A program made the position numbers and the translations under genes. Below are positions 15,723-27,555 of a stretch of DNA of 64,000 nt, piece after piece (the stretch's first letter is position 1; the number at the start of each line of letters is the position of its first letter). The stretch spans positions 18,959-82,958 of the forward strand of contig PFRX01000028.1 of the NCBI GenBank assembly GCA_002788775.1, in the 5' to 3' direction. Source of the stretch: Candidatus Peregrinibacteria bacterium CG_4_9_14_0_2_um_filter_53_11 (lineage in GTDB: Bacteria > Patescibacteriota > Gracilibacteria > UBA1369 > UM-FILTER-53-11). The notes under the pieces are model-generated. The model was not told where the DNA came from. It saw only the letters and a list, made by a program, of their open reading frames with translations, and did no database searches.

Positions 15723-17240
15723 GTGAAGACACCCTCCCCTTTTGACGCAATCATCATCGGCTCGGGCATTGCCGGCCTCCACTCGGCACTCAGACTCGCT
15801 GAGACGGGGAGAGCGGTCCTCGTCGTGACCAAGAAGAAGATCGCACATACCGCCACAAACTTCGCCCAAGGCGGAATAGCCGCCGTCCTCTCACAAACGG
15901 ATGATGTTGAGAAGCATAGTGAGGATACGCTCGAGGCCGGAGCCTTTCACAACAACAAGCGTGCCGTAAGCTACATGGTCAAACATGGAGCTGCTTCGAT
16001 CCGACGTCTTATTGAGTACGGCGTCCCCTTTGCAACTCACGGAGGCGAGCTCCTCCTTACGCGCGAAGGCGGCCACAGTGAGCGCCGCATCGTCTTCGTC
16101 TCGGACTATACCGGTAAGGCAGTCGAAGAGGTTCTTGTCAAAAGGGCAAAAAAGCATCCGCTCATTACAATTTGGGAGGATGCCACCGCGGGCGACTTCA
16201 TCGTTAGAGACGGGCACTGTTTAGGCGTTGAGGTCATCCAAGAGGGGGAAGTTACAAAGATCTACGCCTCAGCCGTTATACTAGCCAGCGGAGGCGTGGG
16301 CCAGATATACGCATACACGACCAACCCCCTCATCTCTACCGGTGACGGAATCGCCATGGCTCACCGCGCGGGCTGCACAACCCGCGACCTCGAGTTCATA
16401 CAGTTCCACCCCACAGCCTTCCATCACGGCGGCAAGACCCGCTTTCTCATCTCTGAGGCGGTCCGGGGCGAGGGAGCTCACCTTCTCAATAGTAAGCACA
16501 AGCGCTTCATGGTTGGGCGCCATCCCCGAGCTGAGCTCGCCCCACGTGATATCGTCAGTCGTGAGATCTATAAGGAAGAGCGCGACGGCCCCGTCTACCT
16601 CGACCTCCGGCACAAAGATCCCGTAAAGGTCCATACCCGCTTCCCTCAGATCAGCGCCGCGCTCAAAAAATACGGCTTCGATATGGCACGTGACCTCATC
16701 CCGATCTCACCGGCCGCCCACTATCTCTGTGGAGGAGTAGAGGTGGACCTCAAGGGCCGCACCAGCCTCCCGGGCCTCTTTGCCTTTGGCGAGGTCGCCT
16801 GGACGGGTGTCCATGGAGCCAACCGCCTCGCCAGCAACTCTCTCCTCGAGGCTCTGGTCTTCTCCGAGCGCATCGTAGATGAGATACGCGGAACAGTCAG
16901 GGGGGATAAAAGTATGAACAGCCAGATAAACGGGCCACCCCCCAGCGCACGGGGTACAAACCTTCCCCCCTGCACGCCATCACAAAAGCGCCTCTACGCA
17001 AAACTACGCCGCTCACTCCAGAAGACGATGTGGGAGTCGGCCGGCATTATTCGCACTGAGGAGGGACTCAAGAAGGGGTTGAGCGAGGTCAAGGCAGCCG
17101 AAAAACTCATCCAAAACCCGGACTCTCTTGAGGGCCGGGAGCTAAGCAACATGCTCACTGCAAGTGAGCTCATTATTCTGGCTGCACTAAGACGAAAGAC
17201 CTCACTCGGCTGCCACTTTAGAAGCGACTCAGAAGACTGA
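15723..17240 (+). CDS. nadB: L-aspartate oxidase
   Basis: FAD fold DAIIIGSGIAGL; NadB/succinate-dehydrogenase flavoprotein-like motifs (FAQGGIAA, QFHPT, GGV.VD, GANRLASNSLLE). GTG start. Confidence 0.9.
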   Translation: MKTPSPFDAIIIGSGIAGLHSALRLAETGRAVLVVTKKKIAHTATNFAQGGIAAVLSQTDDVEKHSEDTLEAGAFHNNKRAVSYMVKHGAASIRRLIEYGVPFATHGGELLLTREGGHSERRIVFVSDYTGKAVEEVLVKRAKKHPLITIWEDATAGDFIVRDGHCLGVEVIQEGEVTKIYASAVILASGGVGQIYAYTTNPLISTGDGIAMAHRAGCTTRDLEFIQFHPTAFHHGGKTRFLISEAVRGEGAHLLNSKHKRFMVGRHPRAELAPRDIVSREIYKEERDGPVYLDLRHKDPVKVHTRFPQISAALKKYGFDMARDLIPISPAAHYLCGGVEVDLKGRTSLPGLFAFGEVAWTGVHGANRLASNSLLEALVFSERIVDEIRGTVRGDKSMNSQINGPPPSARGTNLPPCTPSQKRLYAKLRRSLQKTMWESAGIIRTEEGLKKGLSEVKAAEKLIQNPDSLEGRELSNMLTASELIILAALRRKTSLGCHFRSDSED

Positions 17241-17471
17241 GCTCTCCTCGTGGGCCAGGGCCTCCAAAAACTTCCCGAGGGCCTCCTGTGTGAGCGCAAC
17301 TTCAAACTCTGCCTCGCGCTCAAGGTTACCGCGCAGCTCATTCTTTTCCTCATCCTCCATCGCCGGAAGAATCGTCAGCCAGAGCTGCTTTTCAACGGTT
17401 GGAAGGTTGGTCACCGCCAGAAGGCTGACGATTGTTCGATCCAGTTCGTTTTGTAGGAGTGGATGATCCAT
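17229..17471 (-). CDS. Small acidic hypothetical protein (80 aa)
   Basis: ORF begins at MDHPLLQNELD, 4 nt after the stop of the upstream gene. Its 3' end overlaps the convergent nadB stop by 12 nt. Confidence 0.45.
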   Translation of the reverse strand: MDHPLLQNELDRTIVSLLAVTNLPTVEKQLWLTILPAMEDEEKNELRGNLEREAEFEVALTQEALGKFLEALAHEESSVF

Positions 17472-17475
17472 AAGT

Positions 17476-18927
17476 TTAGGTGAGGGCGGCCTGGCAGGCC
17501 TCATTAATAAGCTGCTCAGCCTCGGCAGAGCGAACTACTTTATCGGGAGCATTTGTTGCCTCTCCGTCGATAGACTGCTGTGAAGAATCCTTGAAGAAGG
17601 CACGGCCGGGAATCAGTGAGCGACCAACATGTCTGAGGCGATCCTTCATAACCTCGGCGGCTCCTTTTCGTGAGAAGAGAAGTTTAGCGGCGATATTCTC
17701 TGTGGCAAGGCGCTTCATCAGCTTCCAGGCACTGCCCTTTTCATAGGCCTCAGCAACATCTGCGGGCGTAATACCTGTCGTCGCCTCTAAAGCACCTTTA
17801 GCTGCCAACAGACCAAAGCCGACACCGAATGAGCCGGCAAGAATCGCACCAGTTGCTCCGGTATGCACTGCGATGTCGAGCATCCGTCCCTTTCCTCCAC
17901 CCTTCATTCTATCCAGAAGGTTCCGCTTTGTGGGATCAACCCTTTTTACCACACGCTCGAGTAGATCACGACGCTGCTTTTCGAGCTCTGGACTGCGACG
18001 ATCCATCTCCGCCACACTCGCGAAAGCGACGGGCAGATGGGGAGAGAGCAGGCCCAGATCACGCTGGGAACAGAGGCGATCGAAGAGCTCACGTGACGAG
18101 GCATCACTAAAGGCTCCACCACCCGGCTTATACTCAGCGGTTGGCTTGATTCCCAAAACCTCAGCAGCACGGGGATTCTGCTTCATTTTAGCAAAAACCT
18201 TGCGACGGTAGAGGTCGCTCCCCTTTGTGATGCGAGACTGAAGGTCTGCCATAGAGGTCACAGGGCGGTTTGGGGGGAACTCGGCTCTGAGGGCCTGAGG
18301 AAAGGCGTTATCTTCCCAAATGGCCTCACCGAGAAGCTGAATAAGCAGAGGTGTCATATTCGACATGCTCTCGGGGTTTCGCGAAGCGTCACGTATCTGC
18401 TCAAGGGTAAGCCCAAGCTCATCAAAGATACCGTCGAGAGTTGTACTCCCCTCAGGTGTCTGAGTCCGCTTGAGAAGGGTCTGAAGGGGCCCCTTTACGC
18501 GGGAGCGGAGCGAGTCGACAGGTGTTAGGGACTGGCCCGGACGACCTCCTGAAGGTGGCAAAGAAGAGAGGCTTACACCAGGTGCAGCTGCTCCGGCACG
18601 TGGCGATACGGGTGCGGGTGAGCCAGGAGCCTGTGGAGAGGCGGGCTGGGCCAGCCCGAGCTGAGGCGTCGCAGGCTTCAGCTGTGGATTTTTTCCCGGC
18701 TCGGTAATCTCAAACTGATAGTAAAACTGTGCCCCTTCGGGCATCTCAACTGTGGTCTCAAAGAGGCCATTATTATCGGTGAGCTGCTGATCCTGCCAGG
18801 ACTGGCCGGGGAGCGCAAAACGAATGCGAACCGTGGAGCCCGGGAGGTGAGGGGCACGGTAGATAAAAGGCACGGTTATCTGACCGGGAGCTTCATTAAA
18901 CTCAATGGGGTGTGCACGTTGGGACAT
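17476..18927 (-). CDS. Hypothetical protein (483 aa): N-terminal beta-sandwich-like module, Pro-rich linker, C-terminal Gly-rich hydrophobic segment
   Basis: Long ORF in an operon context. A -10-like TATAAA sits 7 nt upstream of the ATG. I recognise no catalytic motif. Confidence 0.6.
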   Translation of the reverse strand: MSQRAHPIEFNEAPGQITVPFIYRAPHLPGSTVRIRFALPGQSWQDQQLTDNNGLFETTVEMPEGAQFYYQFEITEPGKNPQLKPATPQLGLAQPASPQAPGSPAPVSPRAGAAAPGVSLSSLPPSGGRPGQSLTPVDSLRSRVKGPLQTLLKRTQTPEGSTTLDGIFDELGLTLEQIRDASRNPESMSNMTPLLIQLLGEAIWEDNAFPQALRAEFPPNRPVTSMADLQSRITKGSDLYRRKVFAKMKQNPRAAEVLGIKPTAEYKPGGGAFSDASSRELFDRLCSQRDLGLLSPHLPVAFASVAEMDRRSPELEKQRRDLLERVVKRVDPTKRNLLDRMKGGGKGRMLDIAVHTGATGAILAGSFGVGFGLLAAKGALEATTGITPADVAEAYEKGSAWKLMKRLATENIAAKLLFSRKGAAEVMKDRLRHVGRSLIPGRAFFKDSSQQSIDGEATNAPDKVVRSAEAEQLINEACQAALT

Positions 18928-18974
18928 AGATTTGTTTATATTTCTTTTTATTCTACCATTTTTAGCCTATTTCA

Positions 18975-20039
18975 TCAACCTGCCTCGGCCAGAAGCCGCG
19001 CCTGATCTTCCATCATCAACTTTTGCATAATATCCTCAATATTTCCCTCCATAATACCGGGCAGGTTACTAAAGCTTGCCCCAATGCGATGATCTGTGAC
19101 CCGATCCTGGGGGAAGTTGTAGGTTCGGATTTTTTCGCTTCGCTCACCCGTGCCAATCTGAGCGAGGCGCGTGTTGCGTCGTTCTCGGTCGCGCACCTCT
19201 TTCTGATGGACATAGACACGTGAACGCATGATATCCATGGCCTTAGCTCGGTTCTGCAGCTGTGAGCGCTCATCCTGACAGGCGACGATAATTCCGGTGG
19301 GCTTGTGAGTGATACGAACGGCCGACTCTGTCTTGTTAACGTGCTGGCCTCCGGCACCACCGGCACGGTAGGTATCAAACTCAAGGTCATCTGCCTTGAG
19401 CTCAATATCGACGGGCTCAACCTCGGGAAGGACGGCGACCGTTGCCGTAGAAGTGTGGATGCGCCCTTTTGCCTCCGTCGCCGGAATGCGCTGGACACGG
19501 TGCACACCACTCTCGTACTTCAATTTTCCATAGGCGCCGTTGCCCTTAATCGAGAAGATCATCTCCTTTGTTCCACCGGCCGAGGCCTCGCTCTGACTCA
19601 TCAGTTCAACCTTCCAACGCTGCCCCTCGGCAAAGCGCATGTACATACGACCAAGCTCACCGGCAAAAAGAGCCGCCTCCTCACCTCCCGTTCCGGCCCT
19701 AACCTCCATAATACAGTCTTTAGAGTCATCGGGATCTTTTGGGATGAGCTCAACTCGGAGCTTCTCCTCAAGCTCTTCAACCTTCTTTTTGCCTTCGTAA
19801 TACTCATCAGAGGCGAGCTCGCGCATCTCGGCATCGGACCCCTCCATAAGCTCATGAGCCTCGCCGACCTCCTGTCGCGCCTTTTTCAGCTCCCTATACA
19901 GAAAAACCGCTCCCTCGATCTCACTTTTACGCTGTCCGCAGTGCTTGTATTCCTGCTGGTTGCTCAGAATTGCCGGATCGCTCATTTTTGCGATCAGCTC
20001 CTCATATTCGGAATCAAGTTGTTCAAGTTTTTCTAGCAT
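18975..20039 (-). CDS. prfA: Peptide chain release factor 1
   Basis: GGQHVNKT (GGQ) and the RF1 tripeptide context RIPATE (PxT). Confidence 0.95.
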   Translation of the reverse strand: MLEKLEQLDSEYEELIAKMSDPAILSNQQEYKHCGQRKSEIEGAVFLYRELKKARQEVGEAHELMEGSDAEMRELASDEYYEGKKKVEELEEKLRVELIPKDPDDSKDCIMEVRAGTGGEEAALFAGELGRMYMRFAEGQRWKVELMSQSEASAGGTKEMIFSIKGNGAYGKLKYESGVHRVQRIPATEAKGRIHTSTATVAVLPEVEPVDIELKADDLEFDTYRAGGAGGQHVNKTESAVRITHKPTGIIVACQDERSQLQNRAKAMDIMRSRVYVHQKEVRDRERRNTRLAQIGTGERSEKIRTYNFPQDRVTDHRIGASFSNLPGIMEGNIEDIMQKLMMEDQARLLAEAG

Positions 20040-20042
20040 GGT

Positions 20043-20900
20043 TCAGTTGAGCTCGGCGATACAAATACGGGGAATACCCGCCAGATCATTCTTCCATATG
20101 ATGGGAGTTTGGGCAAAGTGCTTTTCCAGAAGGGCAGTAAAGGCTTCTTTCTGGTCGAAGCCGACTTCAACAATCAACCAGCGTGGTTTGTGGCTGAGGC
20201 CCTTGATCTCTTCAAGAAGCCGCCCATAGAGTTCGAGCCCATCAACACCGCCAAAAAGCGCACTGTGTGGCTCGGAGTTAAGGACTCCGCGCTCAATATA
20301 AGAAGGAGCGGCTTCCGGCTCACCTCCCGGAGCGAGCTCAGCTATGTAGGGGAGGTTGGCAACAATTCCGGTGAAAGCGGGCTCGTGGAGAGCGGAAAGC
20401 AGATCACTCTCAATAAAGTTGATACGTGACTCAACACCGTGAGTTCGTGCATTCCGCTGTGCCACCTTAAGTGCCCCGGGAGAGATCTCCAGAGCAGTTA
20501 TCTGAGCATCGGGAAGCCCAAGCGCCAGAGAGATTGCAATACAACCCGAACCGGTTCCGATATCACAGATAGTTGGAGCCGACTCACTCTCAGCGTACTC
20601 AAGGGCCATCTCAACGAGCAGCTCCGTCTCGGGACGGGGGATCAAGACGTTCTCATCGACGTAAAAATTGCGACCATAAAAAGAACGCCTATTGTGCAGG
20701 TAAGCCAGTGGCCTACCTGCTTTAAGCTGGCTCATAAGCTCACCGAGCGCCTCAGCCTCAGCCGTCGAGACCTCCCTCTCAGGGTAGGCTATAAGCCGCT
20801 CTCTTGAGACTCCCAAGACGTGCGCCAATAAGAGCTCCGCCTCCAGACCGGCCAGCCCCCGTTCACGCGCATCCTGACGAATAGCCTCAACTGTCTTCAC
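20043..20900 (-). CDS. prmC: Release-factor glutamine N5-methyltransferase PrmC/HemK
   Basis: SAM site DIGTGSGCIA. Substrate motif IVANLPYI, i.e. NLPY in place of the canonical NPPY. Sits 3 nt upstream of prfA. Confidence 0.9.
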   Translation of the reverse strand: MKTVEAIRQDARERGLAGLEAELLLAHVLGVSRERLIAYPEREVSTAEAEALGELMSQLKAGRPLAYLHNRRSFYGRNFYVDENVLIPRPETELLVEMALEYAESESAPTICDIGTGSGCIAISLALGLPDAQITALEISPGALKVAQRNARTHGVESRINFIESDLLSALHEPAFTGIVANLPYIAELAPGGEPEAAPSYIERGVLNSEPHSALFGGVDGLELYGRLLEEIKGLSHKPRWLIVEVGFDQKEAFTALLEKHFAQTPIIWKNDLAGIPRICIAELN

Positions 20901-20915
20901 AAAAAATTTCAGTTA

Positions 20916-20942
20916 CGCAAAAGACATCACCGTAGGGCGATG
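20916..20942 (-). terminator. Weak hairpin plus T-stretch after rpsU (minus strand)
   Basis: Minus strand reads CATCGCC-ctac-GGTGATG (one G-U) followed by TCTTTT. May act as a partial terminator inside the gyrB-prfA block. Confidence 0.35.
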
Positions 20943-20959
20943 CTTCTGTCTAAGTAGGA

Positions 20960-21163
20960 CTATCGGTACTTCTTCTTTTCCCGAAGGTCGCGGTAGTGCT
21001 CACGCATCATGGCCGCATTGCGGACATAGCGCTTCGTTGAAGGTTTTTTGAAGTACATACGCTCCTTTGCAATGGAGAGGATGCGCTTTCCCTGAACCTT
21101 CTTCTGAAAGCGAGAGATGAGCTTCTCGTTGGACTCTTTGGGGTCTCGGTAGAGAACGATCAT
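20960..21163 (-). CDS. rpsU: 30S ribosomal protein S21
   Basis: 67-aa highly basic protein with an S21-like pattern (ESNEKLISRFQKKV...KPSTKRYVRNAAMMRE). Confidence 0.85.
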   Translation of the reverse strand: MIVLYRDPKESNEKLISRFQKKVQGKRILSIAKERMYFKKPSTKRYVRNAAMMREHYRDLREKKKYR

Positions 21164-21175
21164 GAGGTAAATAAG

Positions 21176-23110
<1,935 letters not shown>

Positions 23111-23234
23111 TCAGGCAGACTCTAGGCAAAACCAATTATGAAAAACGGGCCGGATAAACTCATCTCAGTCTAGATTACAAGCCGGCGCATTCTTGAGCCT
23201 TAGGCACCAGAGAGCCGCACTTACACCGGTGCCA

Positions 23235-25655
23235 TCAAGCCCCGGGGGTTCCTTGGAGAAGACGCTTGACCTCGTCATCCTTCTCTTTCTCAAAAAGAGC
23301 ACGCTGGTAGACCTGCTCTACTCGATTGGGGAGTTCGGCAAGAGAGAAGGTGTCGTTAACCGGTATTGGTCCGGCAACAGTCTGGATTTCAAGGCGAGAG
23401 ACCCGTGATGCCTTACTATCAATATCGAAGGAGAAGAGCCGAGTTGACTCCCCCTCTCCAAGACGTGCGAGCCGAATATGAATAACATCAGATGCGAGGT
23501 CTGAAAGATCAAGGTACTGCTCCTCTACCTTAACCCCAACACGAGCCAGCGCGTTCGCGAGAGTGATATGTGCAACGCGCTCAAAATCAGACTGCGCATC
23601 CTGTTCAACGAGCGTCTCAGTAGTTTTGCCGTCCTTGAGGACCAGCTTGCCGAGAGTGACGAGCATGTAGGTCTTGAGATTTTCAAGTCTGATCGAGTTC
23701 CCCACTTCTTGCCCCCTGAAGACTACCTCGGAAAAGAGCTTGCGGTTGGTGTCGTAATTGGCTGAAAAGGTGGCCGACTCGAACTTCGCGGTAACGATAC
23801 GCACAACCGGATTCTGTTCGGAGTCGGGCAGCTGGACCTTAATATCCTTGAGACCTATACCATAGAGGTCCTTTGAGACCTCGGCGGCAAGCTCCTCGCG
23901 GCGGAAGGGCGAGATAGCTCCGCCTCCATCGGCTGAAGAGAGAAGTTCTCGAATCTTCTGCGCCTCCTCAACGGCCTTCTTGTAAACGTCGAGCTCCTCG
24001 GTAAAACTGCCATTTGCCTGCTCACCCTCTGGAGAGCGGACAAAGGCGATAAAGTCGGCGAGCTGCATCAGCTGGCTATCGACATAGGTCAGATAGGCCG
24101 CCTCGGAGAAGACAGGACGTACCGCATCAATACGAGAGACTAAGTACAGAAGAGCGCGGCGCGTGGGCTGGAAGTCTATCTTCTCGGCCTCAAGCTGTGC
24201 CTTGAGAAACTTTATGAGCGAGAGCTTCTCGGAAACAAAGTACTGCTGACGATCGACGGCATCCGCACGAGAGAGGAAGTTCAGGTGAACTTCCTGCAGC
24301 TTCTCGTTAACCGTAAGAAACTCCTCCGTGATAAGCATCGGCTGATTACGTAACAAGCTCATGTATCGAGTTGAAAAGAGCAGAAGCTCCTCTGCATCGG
24401 CCTGACCAAGTGATGAGAGAAAACTCCCATCGATCGCCTGGGTAAGACGCCGCATACCAAGGGTCATCTGCTCATTCCTTTCCGTAGCGGGATCACTGAC
24501 GGCAGCGTCCAGAACATCATTAAACAGTCGCCCGAGCTTCTTTATTGACGTGTCCGCACTGAGCTTACGAACAGCCTCACGGGCCTTGAAAAAAGCATCC
24601 CGGGGTTGAGCGAAAGCCAGCCGAGCACGATAGCTTGCCATGAGAGGATCCGAGGGCGCTACTCCCGCCGCAGTCGCCTCTTGATTGAAACGATTCAGAA
24701 AGAGATCCGCAGCACGCTGATTGCCGACAACGAGGGCGTACAGCGCCGTATCCAGATAGTCGAAGATCGTCTGAGTTGAGCGCTCAAGGCGTTTTTTCCC
24801 ATCAAAAGTAAGCGAGAGAGAGATACTTTTCAGAACGCCCTCAAAAGACGAGAGGAGGTTTTCGCCGCTGAGCGGGAAGCGAGGCCCCGAGGTTCGAACG
24901 TGGTCGGCAAAGCTCAACCTGACTTTTTGGGCGTGGGCCTCATCCTCACGAGTATTGTAGCTCGTCCAGGGATCCGATTTGTCCAAAACGTCCAGTGGAA
25001 ATTCTTTTATAAGCTTGTCGTAGTGAAGCTGTGCAAGCTCCTTCTGTGAGCGCTGAATCTTTGCCAGTAGGAGAGAGAGCTGCCTGTCTTGAGGGACAAG
25101 GATCGTCTTATTGGCAAAAGTGGCGCGCGCGTCATGACGTACCGATGCGATGAGGAGCTTCCCCTCACCGAGCTGAAGGTCCACAACGCCCGGCTCAAAG
25201 AGAGCGGAGACCATCGGGCCTGCGGTTACATTCGTCGAGGTCGTATGATTCTGTGTATTAACCCAGAGCCTCCCGGCGGTGAGCTCAAGATTTAGACCGT
25301 CCAAGGGGCTGAGCCGTTCCCAGCTCACCTCAGCCTTCGTTCCGGGAGAGAAGCGCAGCACAATCGTCCGGTCCAGAGTGAGAACGAGAGGTTCTTGAGA
25401 GGTGACCGCGACACTCAGACCGCGCTCAGTCTCAGTTACGGCTGCCGACTCCCCGGCTAGCGCCGTGAGAGCTGAGCTCTGAGCATACTGCACTTTAGCT
25501 GAGAAGAAGCCGTCCATAAAGTACCCTCCAGCAAGCAAGATAAACGCTGTGGCGACCACACCGAATCTGAAGATTTTCCGGCGATCGGGACCCTGACTGT
25601 TTTTTTGTAGCTGCTCCATTTTTGACCTTTTTATGCTCGCGCCTTTTACACTCAA
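23235..25655 (-). CDS. Membrane-anchored hypothetical protein with FecR-like beta domain and long helical region
   Basis: Single N-terminal TM (FGVVATAFILLAGGYF), then a FecR-like segment and ~550 aa of helical repeats. The start is TTG 25655 or ATG 25619. Confidence 0.65.
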   Translation of the reverse strand: MSVKGASIKRSKMEQLQKNSQGPDRRKIFRFGVVATAFILLAGGYFMDGFFSAKVQYAQSSALTALAGESAAVTETERGLSVAVTSQEPLVLTLDRTIVLRFSPGTKAEVSWERLSPLDGLNLELTAGRLWVNTQNHTTSTNVTAGPMVSALFEPGVVDLQLGEGKLLIASVRHDARATFANKTILVPQDRQLSLLLAKIQRSQKELAQLHYDKLIKEFPLDVLDKSDPWTSYNTREDEAHAQKVRLSFADHVRTSGPRFPLSGENLLSSFEGVLKSISLSLTFDGKKRLERSTQTIFDYLDTALYALVVGNQRAADLFLNRFNQEATAAGVAPSDPLMASYRARLAFAQPRDAFFKAREAVRKLSADTSIKKLGRLFNDVLDAAVSDPATERNEQMTLGMRRLTQAIDGSFLSSLGQADAEELLLFSTRYMSLLRNQPMLITEEFLTVNEKLQEVHLNFLSRADAVDRQQYFVSEKLSLIKFLKAQLEAEKIDFQPTRRALLYLVSRIDAVRPVFSEAAYLTYVDSQLMQLADFIAFVRSPEGEQANGSFTEELDVYKKAVEEAQKIRELLSSADGGGAISPFRREELAAEVSKDLYGIGLKDIKVQLPDSEQNPVVRIVTAKFESATFSANYDTNRKLFSEVVFRGQEVGNSIRLENLKTYMLVTLGKLVLKDGKTTETLVEQDAQSDFERVAHITLANALARVGVKVEEQYLDLSDLASDVIHIRLARLGEGESTRLFSFDIDSKASRVSRLEIQTVAGPIPVNDTFSLAELPNRVEQVYQRALFEKEKDDEVKRLLQGTPGA

Positions 25656-25667
25656 GATAATCTGTTA

Positions 25668-25696
25668 ATTATACTCTTTTGTGCCTCCGGTGTCAA
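25668..25696 (-). promoter_or_regulatory. Perfect consensus sigma70 promoter TTGACA-17-TATAAT (minus strand)
   Basis: Plus-strand tgtcaa at 25691-25696 and attata at 25668-25673, with an exact 17-nt spacer. Confidence 0.75.
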
Positions 25697-25743
25697 AGGT
25701 GTAGAGTCCCACGCAAAGAGGCTGGGAATCAAGCGAAAAGCGG

Positions 25744-25772
25744 TAGTCAACGTCGTTGAAGAGCGTTATAGT
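25744..25772 (+). promoter_or_regulatory. Promoter TAGTCA-17-TATAGT, -10 box 6 nt upstream of the ATG at 25779
   Basis: -10 at 25767-25772, then tgcacc and the ATG. No Shine-Dalgarno sequence. Confidence 0.5.
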
Positions 25773-25778
25773 TGCACC

Positions 25779-27473
25779 ATGAAAAAACTAATCGCTCTCG
25801 CAACCGGCCTTCTCTTCTTTGTTAACGGCGCCCTGACGACACTGGCACAGTTCGAAGACGTCACGAGTACGACTCTCTACCGCGAAGATATTCAGTACCT
25901 CTGGGACAGCGGCATCGTAACCGGCACGCTCTTCGACCCCCTTCACTCGATCTCGCGTGAAGATTATGCCGAGTGGATCTTACGCAATGCGGGATTTTCA
26001 CCTCTGGACTACACTCCTCAGACTGAAGAGCGCTTCGATGATGTCTCCATGAAGCTCGATCCTCAGGCCCCTTTCGTCTACCGCCTTGTTGATCTTGGTA
26101 TTATTACGATCGGTGAGTCTAAAAAATTCCGTCCAAATCGGGCCCTCTATAAGGCGGAAGCCCTCGACTGGCTCTTCCAGCTTGAGGGGATACCCGTTCC
26201 AAAAATCTTTGAGGAAGACAGCTTTCAGGCCACAGATCTTAAAACCAAGGATAAACTGGCACCGATAGTCAATAAAAGTATCGAGCTCGGCCTGCTCGAG
26301 CCGGGCAAGGTTTGGATAAAACGTCGCCTTACTCGCGCACAAGCGGCTCACTTCCTCCACCAGGTAAAGTCACGGACGGGCGTCCTTACAATTACAGTGG
26401 CCCCGACAGTGAATAGTGAGCTCATTAGCGAGCCACAGTTCAATACCTTCGCCGCTGCCTGGAACAGCATAACTCGCGACTACCTCCACAAAGATAAGGT
26501 AAATAAAAAAGACCTCATCTACGCGGCCATCGAAGGCATGGTGCGTGAGCTCGGTGACAAGCACACGACTTTTGAGCGGCCCGGCGACCCCAGTGTCGCG
26601 GACTCACTGAGCGGACAGGTCGAGGGCATCGGCGTCATCATCCAAGATCAGGAGGGTGAGATTGTCGTCGTCACTCCTCTGGAAGGCTCACCGGCCTTTA
26701 AGGCCGGCCTCAAGCCACACGACGTCTTCACGAACATCGACGGGAAGCCTCTTGATGGGCTCAGCCTCACCGACGTTGCCCGGCTGATTAAAGGTGAGCG
26801 AGGCACATCTGTAAAAATTACCGTTAAGCGTGGGGCGCTCCTAAAGAGTTTCACTATAAAGCGTGAGGTGATCATCGTTCACTCCGTTACTGAACGCCGA
26901 ACCGACGACAACTACAGTATTATAAAGATTAACAACTTTGCTCAAAATACCAACGAGGAGTTCGCCAAGATCGTAGCGGGCATGGAGACAAATGCTCCAA
27001 AAGGTATCGTCCTCGACCTACGCAACAACCCGGGAGGGTTCCTCACGACAGCCGTCGACCTCGCGAGCTACTTCGTCCTTAACGGAGACCTTGTAACAAC
27101 CATTCGCTACCCGAATCGCAACGAGCCCCTCGCCGCAAATGGCGCTGCACAACTCCACGACACAAAGGTAGTCGTCTTGATTAACGCGGGCAGCGCCTCG
27201 GCCTCTGAGATTCTTGCCGGCGCTCTTCGCGACTACAATCTTGCGAAAATTGTGGGGGAGACGAGTTACGGAAAGGGAACGGTTCAGGAGCTCGATCAGT
27301 ACTACGACGGCTCAACACTCAAGTTAACGATTGCAGAGTGGCTGACTCCAAATGGAGTGAGCATCGACGGCAAGGGAATCGTTCCTGACGTCCTTGTCCC
27401 CCTCAGTGATGAAGAGCGATTTGACGACTCAGCAGACCGACAGCTCCAAGAGGCCCTCAACCAGCTCCGCTAA
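25779..27473 (+). CDS. S41 carboxy-terminal processing peptidase with N-terminal SLH-like repeats and a PDZ domain
   Basis: Signal peptide. SLH-like FEDVTSTTLYREDIQYLWDSGIVTG. PDZ (GSPAFKAGLKPHDVFTNIDG). Catalytic GSASASEILAGAL (Ser) and SYGKGTVQ (Lys). Confidence 0.85.
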   Translation: MKKLIALATGLLFFVNGALTTLAQFEDVTSTTLYREDIQYLWDSGIVTGTLFDPLHSISREDYAEWILRNAGFSPLDYTPQTEERFDDVSMKLDPQAPFVYRLVDLGIITIGESKKFRPNRALYKAEALDWLFQLEGIPVPKIFEEDSFQATDLKTKDKLAPIVNKSIELGLLEPGKVWIKRRLTRAQAAHFLHQVKSRTGVLTITVAPTVNSELISEPQFNTFAAAWNSITRDYLHKDKVNKKDLIYAAIEGMVRELGDKHTTFERPGDPSVADSLSGQVEGIGVIIQDQEGEIVVVTPLEGSPAFKAGLKPHDVFTNIDGKPLDGLSLTDVARLIKGERGTSVKITVKRGALLKSFTIKREVIIVHSVTERRTDDNYSIIKINNFAQNTNEEFAKIVAGMETNAPKGIVLDLRNNPGGFLTTAVDLASYFVLNGDLVTTIRYPNRNEPLAANGAAQLHDTKVVVLINAGSASASEILAGALRDYNLAKIVGETSYGKGTVQELDQYYDGSTLKLTIAEWLTPNGVSIDGKGIVPDVLVPLSDEERFDDSADRQLQEALNQLR

Positions 27474-27524
27474 GGCGCAGTAAGAAACCGCGAGCAGGCC
27501 CGGGGAGAAATAACGAAAAAACCC

Positions 27525-27555
27525 AAAAGCTAGCTACCGAAAGGGGCTAGCTTTT
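27525..27555. terminator. Bidirectional terminator between the convergent protease and VirB4-like genes
   Basis: AAAAGCTAGC (27525-27534) / GCTAGCTTTT (27546-27555), with an inner CC-GAAA-GG. A/T runs on both sides. The right arm overlaps the last codons of the minus-strand gene. Confidence 0.7.
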
